Numbered from the stretch's first letter, positions 1 to 13,959 are shown. The stretch: 64,000 nucleotides of DNA from Phoronis australis (GCA_002633005.1 NMRA01000018.1:774874-838873); one strand, 5' to 3'. The notes: generated by a model not told the origin, from the sequence alone. Made by a program: numbers and translations.

Positions 1-393
1 CCATCCTTCGAGGGGGTTGGTTGATAGAGGTGTGGACGCAAAAAAGCAGACACGAAAACAGTAAAAATGACCACTAGGTGGCGCAAACTACGTCGAATCC
101 ATCCGAAAACGATAAGATAGCGTCATCTCACTAATAGGTGCATATATACTAAATTTTATGAAAATCCTTTGAGGAGTTTTGAAGAAACAGAGGTAATCGT
201 AAAAAACTAAAATTGCCAGTAGGGTAGTTGGATCCTTACGAAAGTTCGCTCATGCTGTCCCATCCATGAAAGCAAGACATGTGCAACATACGTCAAGGCG
301 TTTTGGAGATAGAGCAATAGACGCCGGACACCGGATGGACGGGCGGACGGAGATGATGACAATGCATCCACATATAAATATGTGGGCGCATAA
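1..393 (-). mobile_element. Partial HINE/DINE-1-like (Helentron-associated) non-autonomous element, cut by the window start
   Basis: Homologous to about 4833-5256. It ends in the same GGAC-type microsatellite and the palindrome atgcatccacatataaatatgtgggcgcat. Confidence 0.75.
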
Positions 394-1109
394 TGAAATG
401 ATGCCTGCGTGTTCCCTCTCCTCTATCGGACACGCAAGGAACCAGCGAGGCAGATGTCTCAGCCGGGCGACCGGCAAACTCGGCGTAGTAAATTAAATGC
501 AGCCATTGACTTGATTCTCGCAATGGTTTCCTGGCGCATCAGTGAGTTGCTGACAAAAAAAAATTAATTTTAATGCTTAATGACGCAGTTTCGTCTTATT
601 AGTAGTGAACTAGTGAACCTTCGGACTAGTGCAATACAAAACTTGAATCGTGTTGCTACTGTGTTCACGCTGTGTTCGAGTATTGGTACAGTGACACCTT
701 GTCCACAGCAGGAGACAAATATGACTGCCTGTCGACAACAGTTTTACACTGTGCCAACATATATATGAAGGCTGGCCTATTTTAGACGATCGAGGCCTTT
801 GCCAACGCGAACGAACACAGTCCGTTGCAATATTAACGCGGTCTTTTTGAAATGGTGGCGAATGCGTGAAAGGAGCTCGTACTGGCTTCTGTGTTGCAGT
901 TGTGATATAAATGCTACGCCTTGTATATCTGTCGATCCAATTGATAAACATAATCGATTGAATGTGGGCTATCATCGTAAACGATGTTCGCAGCAATAAT
1001 GAGACCAGTGAATGACAAACTTTCAAGCAGTACAATGCACAAAAATAGGTGATATAATGTTAAGATATTCCATTATGATAATGATCAAATTTGGACTACT
1101 GTAACTTAC

Positions 1110-1189
1110 CCAAATGGTTATAGAAAACAACCAGTGTGATTAAAACCACGGCGGTCACTGCAGCCACGCACAACTGCATTCCACGCTTC
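1110..1189 (-). CDS. Putative internal exon encoding a signal anchor/TM segment of a type II membrane protein (gene continues beyond the window start)
   Basis: Acceptor ttgttttgtcattacag, donor gtaagt, 80 bp, phase 2 to 1. Encodes KRGMQLCVAAVTAVVLITLVVFYNHL. Same architecture as the exon at 49651-49727. Confidence 0.55.
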
Positions 1190-2731
1190 CTGTAATGACA
1201 AAACAAACAGTTCTTAATCATCAAAAATCTTTCAGCAATGGTAGCAAGTTTAGATGTCACACGAAACAATTCAATTCGTAGACGTTGCTGAATAAACACC
1301 GAAATCGAGGCTAAAAAATTTCATGAAAGTGGCTGGTAACTATATTCCAGCTTAGACTTCAATTTTTGAAATGGCACAACTGACAGGGCACAAGATGATC
1401 GGTGTCAAGCGGCCCTTAACACACACCAATTCAGAAACGGTGGCAAGGCGGAAGTCGTAGTCAAGAATGTTGAGTGCTCGTGCAAAGTTGCAAATTGGAG
1501 TGTCATACTTCGTTACGTATTGTTGTTGATGTTGTTGCTGCTAAGGTGCTTCTAAATCCCCCAGTGTACTACAACATAAATCTAGAGGCTAGTAGAAGTG
1601 AGAACGTGCAGACACATGCTTACAAGTCATTCTCTGAATAAAACCTGTGACCCAATAACATTAGTTTGCGCTCAAAGTAAGCCAAAATGAGCTCTTGCCG
1701 AAAAATTTTACTTTGATATTGATATGGCAATTTTTGGCCCACAGAGAAGCTCGGTGCAGCAAAAAGTACAACTCGCTTGAATTTTGATTTTGCAAGTGAT
1801 AAAGTACTTAAAATGCACTTCTGGGTCAATTAGCTACAGCTATTACGCATAGCTTCCTAATAACAATGAGACAACAAGGAGTGAAATCAGAACATCTTAT
1901 ATCTTAGTAATGCATATTTTTAAGGAATTTTGCGTCTCACTTGTGTTTTGATTATGAAACTACACTGAACTTGACAACTGCAGCTATATCATTCAAATAC
2001 ATGTACACACATGTTACCTCAAATAATTCATTTTCATCTACTGATCTAGTCAAGTGTGAGTCAGTTCATGAGTTCAATTCGCTTTTTAAGTTGTTTCAAC
2101 TTTAATCACCATTGACGTTCAAGCTAAAAATGGCCAATCGAATAGTATTGACTTAGAGCCCTATTTGACTCGGGCGGCGTCATGTGCAATAGTACCAATG
2201 TAATTGGAAATATCCTTTCATCCCAAAGTACAGTATTCATGTTCTACATATGTACAAATTGCCTACCACGTTGGCTCTTACCTATTTGTATTAATCTCAC
2301 ATCTGTAGTACGCCTATCCACTTCACTTTTTAATGTTACTCAATCATCAGTTTTCTATTTACAAAATTTAGCCTAAGTTAATGTAAGTTAGTAGTGGTGG
2401 GAATTTTCATGCCTACCCTAGTGTTCATTGCTTTTGTCCTAGCTTACTTAATTACTTTTAGACTATTCACACGACTGCATATATTTCTTTCTTCTGTTGT
2501 TAGATAAGCATGCTAAGTATGAACTGTATAAATTTATTAGGTTTTAACTAAACACACAATAATTACAATTGTCCGGGTGTCTGGAAAACAAAAATACCTC
2601 ATTGCTTTTCCCCTATCACGCTCGACCTCACGTTTCTACTAGGAAAACGATCCCGAAATGCGCACTTACGTAGTGTTTACTACACAATGAGGAACTCACG
2701 TTGTGATATCAGAGTTATCATTGAGCAAAGC

Positions 2732-2770
2732 CTTTTGACTACTGGTGACGTAGAGGTCAATCCAGGACCA
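2732..2770 (+). other. 2A-like (StopGo) ribosome-skipping peptide LLTTGDVEVNPGP at the N-terminus of LINE ORF2
   Basis: Exact GDxExNPGP consensus in ORF 2687-2905, in frame with and directly upstream of the APE N-terminal motif FKVLFTNINSIK. Confidence 0.85.
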
Positions 2771-4172
2771 TACACTCAGGGTGCAGCCAGCTTCAAGGTC
2801 TTATTCACTAACATCAATAGTATCAAGGCGAACAATCTTTCAAGATTTGAACTTCTCAAGCAATTTATTACAGAAAACAATTACATGGTCATAGACATAA
2901 TGTGAATCCGGAACACTGTCCGAAGACAACCTCAGTGCACTTATTATTCCAGAATACAACATTGCCTACCAACGGCGGGAGGGGGTTGATCTTGTTTGTA
3001 CACAACTCCGTAAATTACAAAACAATTGATACCAAAATTATACAATCAATGAATAACTGTTGGATTGAACCTTATGTCAACCACAAGAACGTATATTATG
3101 TTTTTTTTTCTATCGCTCACCCTCACAGACATCCCATGACAGGAAAGCATATTTCAAGACCTTTGCAGAACAACTGCAAGAACTCTCACGAACTGATAAA
3201 AGAATTGTTATCAACGGGGATTTCAACGCAAGAAATAGTACTTGGTATTCAGAAGACAATGACAACCAAGCTGGTCCCGAATTATTCGATATTCTCCTCT
3301 CAAATGACTGTGTACAACTAATAAACGAACCGACACGTTTAACAGAGTATTCACATTCTTGCCTCGATTTATGTATTACTAACAATGTCGTATTAATTGA
3401 ATCCACTTCTGTATGACCTCCCATTGGTAACTCGGACCACCACGTTATAGAAACAACATTCACACTCAACTGCTTACCTAAAGAACCAGACGTTATCAAA
3501 CAGATCTGGAATTACAAACTCATTAGCATGGACAAACTGCGCACTGACATAATCACATTTAACTGGACTGCAATACTGAGCAAAAGTGACAGAAATGACA
3601 AAGTCTCAACATTCACACAGTCACTCTACAACATACTAAATAATAATATCCCATCAACCATGAAAACAATAAAAAACAAGAACAAACCGTGGTTTAACAA
3701 TAACTTAAGACTGAAATAAATAAAAGAAACAAACTGTACAGATCGTTCAGAAAATCAAATAACGCTTGCACCTTTAAGTGTTACAAAGAACATTGCAAGA
3801 GTGTGGAAGAACTAATTAAAAGACGAAACAAGACTATAAGATGAAAATTATCTCCAACATCAACAATGTCTCAAAAAATTCAAAGGAATATTGGGATATA
3901 ATCAACAAAATTCGAGGACAGGTAAAGCAAACTTCATAACTCACTATCCACTCAAAGGAATCCAACACTCAGGCGTCATCCAAAGCTTAAAAAGTAAGTT
4001 ATTTTTAGAATACTTCACCGCCAAGAGTCACGTTGCACCAACAACAAGCTTTCCCGAATTCCCAAACAGAACATTAGAACATCTCTCTGACATACAAGCC
4101 CAACCACCTGAAGTCCGAAAACTACTAAAAAATATTGACGAAAACAAAAAAGACAAAACTAATCTCATTACC

Positions 4173-5256
4173 AACAAGAGCAACGCAGAGCGTTGAAATG
4201 CGCCCACAATTGCACCGCATACGTTATCCTTCTAGGGTTGTTTATTGGTACCATAAAGTGGCCAGTAGAGGGCATATATGTAGTATGTTGTACTTTGCAA
4301 AATGGAAAGGCATGGTCATTGTCTCCTCAATAGGCTAGGGGCAAAATGTGAGTAATCTTCATAATACAAGCACATCCTATACACCAGTTGCTTAAAGCAC
4401 CACAGAAACATAGAATTAAAAACAAATTTACCAACATACGAGATTAGCACAGCATTAGAATGCCAGAAACAAATTTCTACTTGGAACTTTTCCTTCATAG
4501 TCACGAAGTAACACAAAGTACACACCTGAAGACCTATGAAAATACAGAGGTCAATGTAAAATACTAAAATTGCCACTAGAGGCAAATACTAAAATTGCCA
4601 CTAGAGGCATACCGGTAATCAGAATCATCCTAAAGTCGTCATCGTCCGTTGTCAACATCACATAAATACACTTGCTAAATTTAGTAAAGATCCTGCAAAC
4701 GGTTTGGGAGATACAGCCATGGGCGCAAAAAAACAAAACTGCCACTAGGAGGCGCCACAGTAGTCCAAATCGTCTGAAAATCATTGTCAGCTGTCTTCCT
4801 TATAGTAAGCACATACACGCCAATTTTCACAATCATCCTTTGAGCGGTTTGGTTGATAGAGGGGTGGACGCAAAAATACAGACTCGAAAACAGTAAAAAT
4901 GGCCACTAGGTGGCGCAAACTACGTCGAATCCATCTGAAAACAGTAGGATAGCGTCATCTCACTAATAGGTGCCTACATACCAAATTTCATGAAAATCCG
5001 TTCAATACTTTTGAAGATACAAAGGTAAGCGTAAAAAACTAAAATTGCCACTAGGGGGCACACCGGTAGTCGGATCCGTCCGAAAGTTCGCAGATGCCGT
5101 CCCATTCATGAATGGAACATATGTGCCAAATTTCATGAACGTATGTCAAAGGGTTTTGGAGATAGAGCAGCGGACGCCGGACGCCGCCCGGACGGACAGA
5201 CGGACGGACAGAGATGACGGCATAATGCGTCCACATACAAATATGTGGGCGCATAA
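4173..5256 (-). mobile_element. Full-length HINE/DINE-1-like element (about 1.08 kb) inserted in the LINE
   Basis: Subterminal inverted repeat atgcgcccaca (4198-4208) / tgtgggcgcat (5244-5254). Terminal hairpin caacgc-aga-gcgttg (4181-4195), palindrome at 5225-5254, GGAC/AGAC microsatellite and internal gccactag repeats. Inserted at AA (TT on the element strand) with no TSD. Confidence 0.85.
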
Positions 5257-8200
5257 AAATAATTTCTCAACACATGTTTGACAACCTCTCTTCACAAAAC
5301 CTCATATATCATCGCCAATTCGGATTCATGCACTGTGTCCCAACTTACAGAAATTGTACACGAAATCCACCTCCAGTTTGAGCAAGGATACAACGTGAGA
5401 TTCGTATTCTTAGACATTGCGTCAGCTTTTGATGTCGTTCCCCATGATCAGCTTCTACATAAATTACAATCTTACGGTTTTCCAGAACTCTCTTCTCACT
5501 TTTAAAATCATATCTGGAATGTGGAACTTACAAAGTCCGAATAGAGGGTGTCTTATCACGCTCATCAACGCCAGGTTTCCAAAATGCTGGAGTACCGCAA
5601 GGTAGCGTACCAGGCCCCTTACTCTTTTTATTGTACATCAATGATCTTCCAGACAAAATAAACTCTAAAACATTTCTATATGCTGATGACATTGCAATTT
5701 TCTACCGATTCTCAAAAGAGAATCCCCATGACTCCTTACAATTGCAAACTGACCGAAACAAACTCTATGACTGGTCTTGCAAATGGAAGATGAAATTTAA
5801 ACCTGAAAAAAGTGTTGATCTTATATTTTCTAAGTCTAATAATACTCAATTCCAAACAAATCCTATGCTGGAATTATCACTAAATGGGGAAGTTATTCCC
5901 AATAAGTTCACACAAAAACACCTTGGATTGCTACCAGACCACAAGCTTACATTTACTCCTCACTGTCGCGAACTCGTTCATAAAGTACAAAAACTAATCA
6001 ATCCAATCAGAATTGTCTCTCGTCATCTCAACTCCATGCATCTTGAAACTCTTTTCAAGTCTTTTGTTCTTCCACATCTAGATTACTGTGACATAATCTA
6101 CCAATCGGCAAACGCTGGCATACTTCTTCAAGTAGAATGACTACAATACCAAGCACCTACATTTGTATAGCCATAACAGGAGCATACAAAGGATCCCACA
6201 CAATCAAGGTTCTAAACAGTCTCAATTGGAGCAAACTAGAAACCCGTAAACTCCACTTGTCCATGTATACATTCTAAGTCTTAACCAACATAAATAATTA
6301 CTCAAACAAAATCCTCTTCGACTCCTACAAAAGACCTAACACGAGACCAGGACTGCGGCAAAGTAATATGCACACTGTTCCATCTTCCCTCAGCCAAGCC
6401 TTCAGGAAATCTACCATATTAACTTGTATTGACAACTGGAATTCCTTACCATCCAAAATAAAAGAAAGCACTTCACTCGTCACTCTAAAAAAATAACTTT
6501 AAAATTCATACTACTACTCAAGAGTTGCCAGTCCCATTAACATCGTTCCAACTTCCCCGCAACCACGAAATAATCCTGACTTTACAGATCAAGATGCGGT
6601 CTATTCCTAAACAATGAGGAATTTAGACATAATTTTAATAATACTTCGCCTCTGTGTTGCTGCGGAGACGCACAGACAAATGCTCATGTTTTCTTTGCTT
6701 GTGAGGTATGCAAGGAGCAGAGGGTATAGTTTTTCAAGACACTCGAACAATACCCCAATATTTATAAAAATATTCTGAAATTCTTCAAATGTACAACAAA
6801 ATTATTTTTTTTCTGTATGGAAGTCAAGAACTCAACCCAAATGAAAATAAGGTTTTATTCGAGATAGTATCAAAATTTCTTTTTAATATTAAATCTCTTT
6901 GTGTGAGTGGATAGAATTGTATAAATGTGTATGAAAATGATTTATTTACTTTCGTAATCATATGTCATTGTAATCTTAAAAACACTTTTTTAATTTATGT
7001 ATTTGTGTAAAATAATTGTATATAGATTTCTTTGTACTTTTTTAACCCAGATATAATGCCTCTTGGCGCTTTCTGGGTTATGTACATTCGTTGTATCGTA
7101 GATTTTGAAATAAACATTATAAAAAATTAACCGTCGCAAATTCACAAGTTGTGACAACTCCCACAAACCACAACAATTCCCAGTCATAAGAAACCAGTGT
7201 GGCTCCCCCAAAATGAATGAAATGGGGTGGGACGGGTTTAACGGCAGTTTTGTTTACTGGGTGGGGAGCGATTGCCACCAATGGTAGTCTACTCAGTAGT
7301 TCCCTCAATTTGTTTTGAATAAATTGAGTAAAATATTTGTCTGTGCTCTTGTCTACTGGGATACGGAAATGTGGCCATTTCGAGACCACATACATGTACT
7401 ATGCCTTCCTGACTGAATAGTCGTACGAAAAATGCCGAACATTGACTACTGTGTCGAATCAGCGTGGTTCAGATCGCCATGTTGTGTACTTGTCATATTG
7501 CGAAGTGTGTCAATTTGTACAAAAATCGTTGAACGGTGGGTACTAACTTAGCAATAGCCAGAGCAGATCATTAGAATATCTGAGTTACCTTTGATACAAT
7601 TGTCATCAAATTACACAGTTATTCTCCTGATCATAACACTAACATAACAAATTTTGCCGTCCATGAAAAGTACTCAAAATTGAAAAGTATATATCTACAC
7701 TACATGCTGAGGAATTGTTTTCAAAACAAATCCGTTTTTTCAGGATATGGATATGATTTCTGTTCGAAATGCTTGACCCAGGCTTTCTGCATTGTGCCTT
7801 TACTGGTAATTCCCTGTCCTCTGGGCCGTGCAAACAAACCTTATAAAAATGTGAATGCAGTTTGTTTAAATTTTAGATCTAGGCTGAAAAATATTGCAAA
7901 ACATTTTGAATTTGACGTAGTGGCCCAGACCAGTGAACTGCGCAGTTAGAACGGGAATGCCCATATGTAAATTTATCACAAGGAGCAGGTCATGTAACTG
8001 AACATCTAGATGATATATGAAGCAATGTGTTGCAAAACCTGGTATTACTACATGTAGCAATGTACATGATGACGTCACGCGGAAATGAACGAGCTTTGTA
8101 CCGAATGAGCATTTTCTCCGAATATAGGAGCATTTCATAATCTTGTACATTAATCCAGGCATTCCAGTGGGTATGATTTGGAGAGACCTCTGAAATATGA

Positions 8201-9822
8201 CTTGTTGTTATCTGACATTGTAATATAATGTTCAAATAAAATGAGATTGCTTTCAACTAGTCCATTTGGATAGAAAATAAAACCGCAATGACCTCCCATC
8301 ACCAATGAAAGGGTTAAAGAGGTTTAAATGCAGGGGAAAAGAAAAATATTTTAAAATAGTATACTAAATGACACATGCGTAAACTGAATACATGCGTTTT
8401 GCTTACATTGGTTGATAATATTTTTGTTAAGTTCATCTGACAAAATTTGTTTGGATGAAAAATGACTTTTGAGATAGCGTTACTGGGTTTGACCAAGAAA
8501 TTGTCACTAAATTTCAACATGGAATGTCTGCCTTAACCAAACCTACAGATGCGGTTTGACCAACAAGGCATGGACGTTACTACATGCTCTGTTTAGTAAT
8601 GTGTTTCATCGCCAACAATTCTCGCTTCATTTTTTCTTTCGAAACTTCAATCTCAAAATAGGAAATTTTCTGATCAGCAGTCATCGAAAACGCTCGCATA
8701 CATTAGTCAGTGCTCAAAAATAGCGGCCTCAGAAGGTATTCAAGAACTAGTTTTGGTATAGAAAGCCTTTACTATTGAATGCTTTCAATTTTGGATAGCT
8801 TTTTACAAGATGGATGAACTTATAACACCAACAACCTGCGTTATCAGTAATAGCTTCGCTACAGATTATTTTCCGATAAGAAGGGGTGCGAGACAGGGTG
8901 ATTCCATGTCAGTACATACTACGAAATAACAGCTTAATAAATGGTAAACATGTTGAAAAAATGAAGTTAAAATTCTTCAGTAAAACGCCGATACTGCCTT
9001 GGATAAAAATTGTCTAAACTTTTAATTATATTCTCGGATATTGTCTAGCCTATTGCTAAATATCAAAAAGTGTAAGGGTTATCGGCTAAATCACAATCAA
9101 GGTCCATATTCGGGAGTTGACTACGTCACGGTCTGATATCAATTTTTGATCACTTACTAAATGCCAACTGAATCTCATATGCAAAAAGTTACAAAGTTGT
9201 GCAAATTGAAAAAGAATCATGAAAATCGGACAATGTTTGAGAAATTTTTGCTTGTTTTGTCTATGAATTTCATGCATTTTTAGTGTTATGAAAGGCCATT
9301 TTAAAAATTACAATTTTTAACTATAGAAAAAAATTATTTTAATAAGTAAGCATATGACTGGGAATAACTTGGGTCACTTTCAGAAACACTTAGATGAAGT
9401 TGTGCTTAATAATTGAGAAATGGTAGGGTTCATCATAAAACGAAATTCGTAAATTCTGTTTCCAACCCTCACTTACTGTAAAGAAGGTTAAAAACTTAAG
9501 TTAACACTTTGTAATAAAACGAACTGCAGAATATGTTAGCCTAGACAACACAGCAAATAATTCAATATCAAAACAAACCAAAAGTATATTGGATATTGAC
9601 TGGGTTCTGCTATATTGAAAATGGGCCAAAAAGGCTAACAAAATGTAGTGTACCTACCCCCATGTGGAATTCAGTAACACAAATGGTCATTACAAATGAA
9701 ATTGTTGCCTTTTAAATAGCAACATGGTGCTTATTATCATCAAAGAAAAATAAATGGCCATACAACATTATGTTACCATGTGATGCAGGAACAGTGATGT
9801 AGTTTACGTACCCCCTTTTGTA

Positions 9823-10515
9823 ATGTACGTTCCCCAATGTTCACAAATGACATGTAATTAAAATATAACTTAGTAAGTGAGCAACATTGGTCATCAACAG
9901 TTTTCTTCTTTAAAAATGTTAGGTTAAAATTGTATTTATTGCAAATACATTTGTTTTGAGTGAAATATTAGTATTTATGTAGTGTACGTACAGCTATATA
10001 TTAATTTGTGCCTATTTTCAAAAGTATGGCAAATATGCACATGAATGCTGTGCTTTTTATTTTTTCTTTGATTTAGTAAATCACTCTCAGTAGATTCTAA
10101 GTATTTAGTTACAAACCTGACATGTCATTGAAATATAGTGCAGGCACGCCTGTGTATTGTACATGTACGTACCCCGACGTGAACAAATACCATAAAACAA
10201 AAATATTACACGGTAAGTAAGCAACATTTGTCAGACAGTTTTCTCCATTAAAGAGCTAGGTTAAAAGGGTGTTAATTAAAAATGCATTTGTTTTGAGTGA
10301 AATATTAGCAATTGAGTAGAGTACGTACCCTTATATTTTAACATGTGCCTGTTTTCAAAGAATGATAGAGATGTGCATATGTATGCTGTACTTTTTATTT
10401 GTTCCCTTTGAATAGATTTGGTAAATGAACTAACTCTCATTAGATTCTAAGTATTCTTTATAAACCTGACAAGTCATTGAAATGTAGTGTATGTACCCAT
10501 GTGTAGTGTACGTAC
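9823..10515. repeat. Diverged tandem duplication, about 340-bp unit, two copies
   Basis: tgtacg(t)..cccc...gtaagt(g/a)agcaacatt...gttttgagtgaaatattag...tagattctaagtatt...aaacctgaca occurs at about 9823-10162 and 10163-10515. Confidence 0.75.
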
Positions 10516-10592
10516 CTTAAGCCACTGTGATATGAATATTGCCCCCAAGTATTTTTACACACAGCTTATCTCATGAACAATACTGATATTTC

Positions 10593-11346
10593 AACAAGAG
10601 CAACGCAGAGCGTTGAAATGCGCCCACAATTGCACCGCATACGGTATCCTTCTGGGGTTGTTTATTGGTACCATAAAGTGGCCAGTAGAGGGCATATATG
10701 TAGTATGTTGTACTTAGCAAAATGGAAAGGCATGGTCATTGTCTGCTCAATAGGCTAGGGGCAAAATGTGAGTAATCTTCATAATACAAGCACATCCTAT
10801 ACACCAGTTGCTTAAAGCACCACAGAAACATAGAATTAAAAACAAATTTACCAACATACGAGATTAGCACAGCATTAGAATGCCAGAAACAAATTTCTAC
10901 TTGGAACTTTTCCTTCACAGTCACGAAGTAACACAAAGTATACACCTGAAGACCTATGAAAATACAGAGGTCAATGTAAAATACTAAAATTGCCACTAGA
11001 GGCAAATACTAAAATTGCCACTAGAGGCATACCGGTAGTCAGAATCATCCTAAAGTCGTCATCGTCCGTTGTCAACATCACATAAATACACTTGCTAAAT
11101 TTAGTAAAGATCCTGCAAACGGTTTGGGAGATACAGCCATGGGCGCAAAAAAACAAAACTGCCACTAGGAGGCGCCACAGTAGTCCAAATCGTCTGAAAA
11201 TCATTGTCAGCTGTCTTCCTTATAGTAAGCACATACACGGCAATTTTCACAATCATCCTTTGAGCGGTTTGATTGATAGGGGGGTGAACGCAAAAATACA
11301 GACTCGAAAACAGTAAAAATGGCCACTAGGTGGCGCAAACTATGTC
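10593..11346 (-). mobile_element. Truncated, near-identical copy of the HINE at 4173-5256
   Basis: Starts with aacaagagcaacgcagagcgttg and matches 4173-4926 with only scattered substitutions. It stops where the next TIR element begins. Confidence 0.9.
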
Positions 11347-11352
11347 TGTTTC

Positions 11353-13959
11353 CAGCCTGGTCCCCAAGCCTCAAGATGGCGTTGATCGATTTAGCCACGT
11401 GAGGATTGGTCATGAGAAATGAAATGTGTCAAAATTCTGAAGCAATTTTACGGAAATCGCCGGAATATCACGAGCAATATAAAAATATATCAACTTTGAA
11501 ATTTTCTGCAGCATAATACAAAATGAAAACTAATTTTACATAGCAGCAATTTCGATCTAAATCATGCAAAAATGATGTATTTTTGTTTGAAAACAGAATT
11601 GAAAATAAGTACATGTACGTCAAAAACCTTTAGTTCAAACAATAACCAAAGCAACGCTTTCTGCTTCATGAATGGCAGGAACAACGCCAGTAAAAATAAT
11701 TAAAATCTGCCTTCGTTTTAAAGCCTATCGTCAACGGTAACACAAGTAAATTTGGTTCCTACAGTATGTTAAGAGCATCGCTCTGAACCCACCAGTGCCA
11801 TAAATTGCCAAATGTAACATAGTGGCTCGCTTTTGTCTTTGTCACCGTGAGAATCGCCTTTTAATTCAGACAGCTGCGAATAGAACACCCGAAAGCAATG
11901 GTGTTCTATTCAGACCCCTATAGACCTAATTCACGTTGCGGACGTTAAAATCCAAAGCAAAGCTCACTGCGATAAACAAAGATTAAGTTGACCTTGCGTG
12001 AGTGGTAAATGGTCGGTCTTTCGAGTCCAACCTGGATATTGAATCTTAAAAATGTGTCGATAATTAGCCACAGAGTCGTAGAAAAATATATTAGAGGACA
12101 AGTCAATGGACCAAAGAGTTGTCTGACGAAAGGGTATAAGTTTTTTTTCTGAAAACAAGGTTCGAAACATGGAAAGTAAATATGACCAAATTGCGGCGAT
12201 CGCGTAATGGATTAGGTATTGTGCTGAATGCAGTGTTACGCTTGTTCTTGGAAATTGTTGATAAAATGCTTTCTACACGAACCAGGTCATCTGCTCGTAT
12301 TTAGATGTCATGATGTGCAATTAGTCACATCTCGTTTAATTTGTTGATAAAGAATAATAACATCAAGCATAGCCTAGGTCATGGTGAGGTCAGTAGGGAC
12401 TACCGGGACTAATAGCTGATTTGTCATTGATCTGAAAGAATAATTGATGTTATTAAATATATGTTTTATTAAAATAAAAAACAGGCTCGTAATTGAAAAT
12501 AAAAAAAATGTTTGATCATCAGTTCTGCTTTCTTGGTGTTAATAATTCTTACGTCTGTTTGTTGTGTTAGGATTCAAATCTGGACCAAGTTGAATTTTAA
12601 AATCAAAACACCTAATTCGTTTGTCCAAAGCATATACCTCGTTTTAGAGCTCAATTTCAGTTAACTGGACAGAACAAGCATAGTTATCACGTTTCTTCAG
12701 GGGCCTCGTTTATCCGAGGGAAGTGTTTGTGCCTTCTGAGAGGGCATTCTTTCGCCGAGAGTGAGGGAAAATCTACCTCCCGATCACCATCAATAGCACC
12801 CCCTCCCTGTTGCAAGCTCTCATAGGCTACGTCTCAAGTAGCATTTTGTGCTCTTTCAAATTGTCACCTGTGTGGTAACAGGTGATTCTCAGGAGAGAAT
12901 TTTTCAATTACTGAGGGGAATTTTTAGGCCTCGTAGGGGGGCTGAGCTAGGCTAGATTCCATCTTATTGGAGATTAGAGCAATTATCGAACAAAAGAGAT
13001 GTGGCCCTCCAACCTTAAATACTACAATGGAGTTCATCAGTGACGCGTAAGATATTGGCTACAGCCGTGGTCATCTTCCCATCTCGTTGTTGGGCTACAG
13101 AGTCGAACAAGTTGGGAGCAACGGTAAAACGCCGTAATGAATTTCGCGTGTTTTTTTATTTTTAAGAGGGAAATAGGGCCGATATTCTGCTCCAAAATTG
13201 AGAGATTGAGGGCCTGTCCTTTTTGGAAAGAAAAATGCATCATGTTTCAACCCGTAGCATGGACGGCGCGCATTGAACTATAGGGGTGGCTAGGCCGCAC
13301 ATGGTCTATGGGCGGTGCCCAAGGGGGGCTGAGGAGGCTTGAGCCCCACACATTTTTCAGTGTTGTGCCACCCATGCGTAGTCATGAAAACACAGTCTGG
13401 CTGGCAGAAGATTTTCCGGTCGTTGCTATGATGTTTGCGGCAACCGAGATGCGACAAAATATGATCTAACTTTTCGAAAACATTTATAAATTTTACACGG
13501 ACATATTTTCCTTCGTCGCGGCGTATGGCAACGATCCAACGCTTCGAATCTCAACGTCCTTAGGGGAAACAGACTGTTGAGAGTCCGTATTTTTTCAAGC
13601 CGTTCAAGCAACAGGAATGCAACTATGCCGATAAGCCAACAGAGCAATCGTAGCGAGCCTCGTTTTGGAACGCTCCTCCTGTTGGCGTGAATTAACCCTT
13701 TTGTTGTTTATGCTGGGATCTCGCAGTGACGCAGGCAGCTTCACTTATCATTTGACGGGCTTACACTTGCGTGATTGAACTCGCATTTTCTTATTTTACT
13801 TAGACTGCGCTAGGACTATCTCGTTAGCCATATACATCTAAAGTAACAAAATTCCGTTGAAGTTAGGCTTTAATGACGTCGAGGCAGCGGCTAATCATAG
13901 CGTAGAAAGCCTCCAATGATTACCGATCAACGCCATCGTGAGGCTTGGGGACGAGGCCG
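11353..13959. mobile_element. Non-autonomous TIR DNA transposon, Mutator-like (degenerate 9-bp TSD)
   Basis: About 36-bp TIR cagcctggtccccaagcctcaagatggcgttgatcg / cgatcaacgccatcgtgaggcttggggacgaggccg. Flanks gtctgtttc / ttctgtctc match 7/9. A related short copy lies at 55925-56418. Confidence 0.7.

Larger units (their letters stand above)
2500..7130 (+). mobile_element. Degenerate CR1/L2-group non-LTR retrotransposon (APE + RT), interrupted by a HINE; 5' boundary approximate
   Basis: Frameshifted APE motifs (VLFTNINSIK, GDFNA, INEPTR, SCLDL, SDHHVI). RT motifs FLDIASAFDVVPH, GVPQGS, LYINDLP, LYADD and HLDYCDIIY. 3' aataaa and A-rich tail near 7108-7127. Confidence 0.92.

Noticed and set aside
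4135-4896. Nearly identical small ORFs at 4.1-4.9 kb and 10.6-11.3 kb suggesting duplicated genes
   Set aside because: They lie inside two copies of a non-coding HINE; the identity reflects recent transposition.
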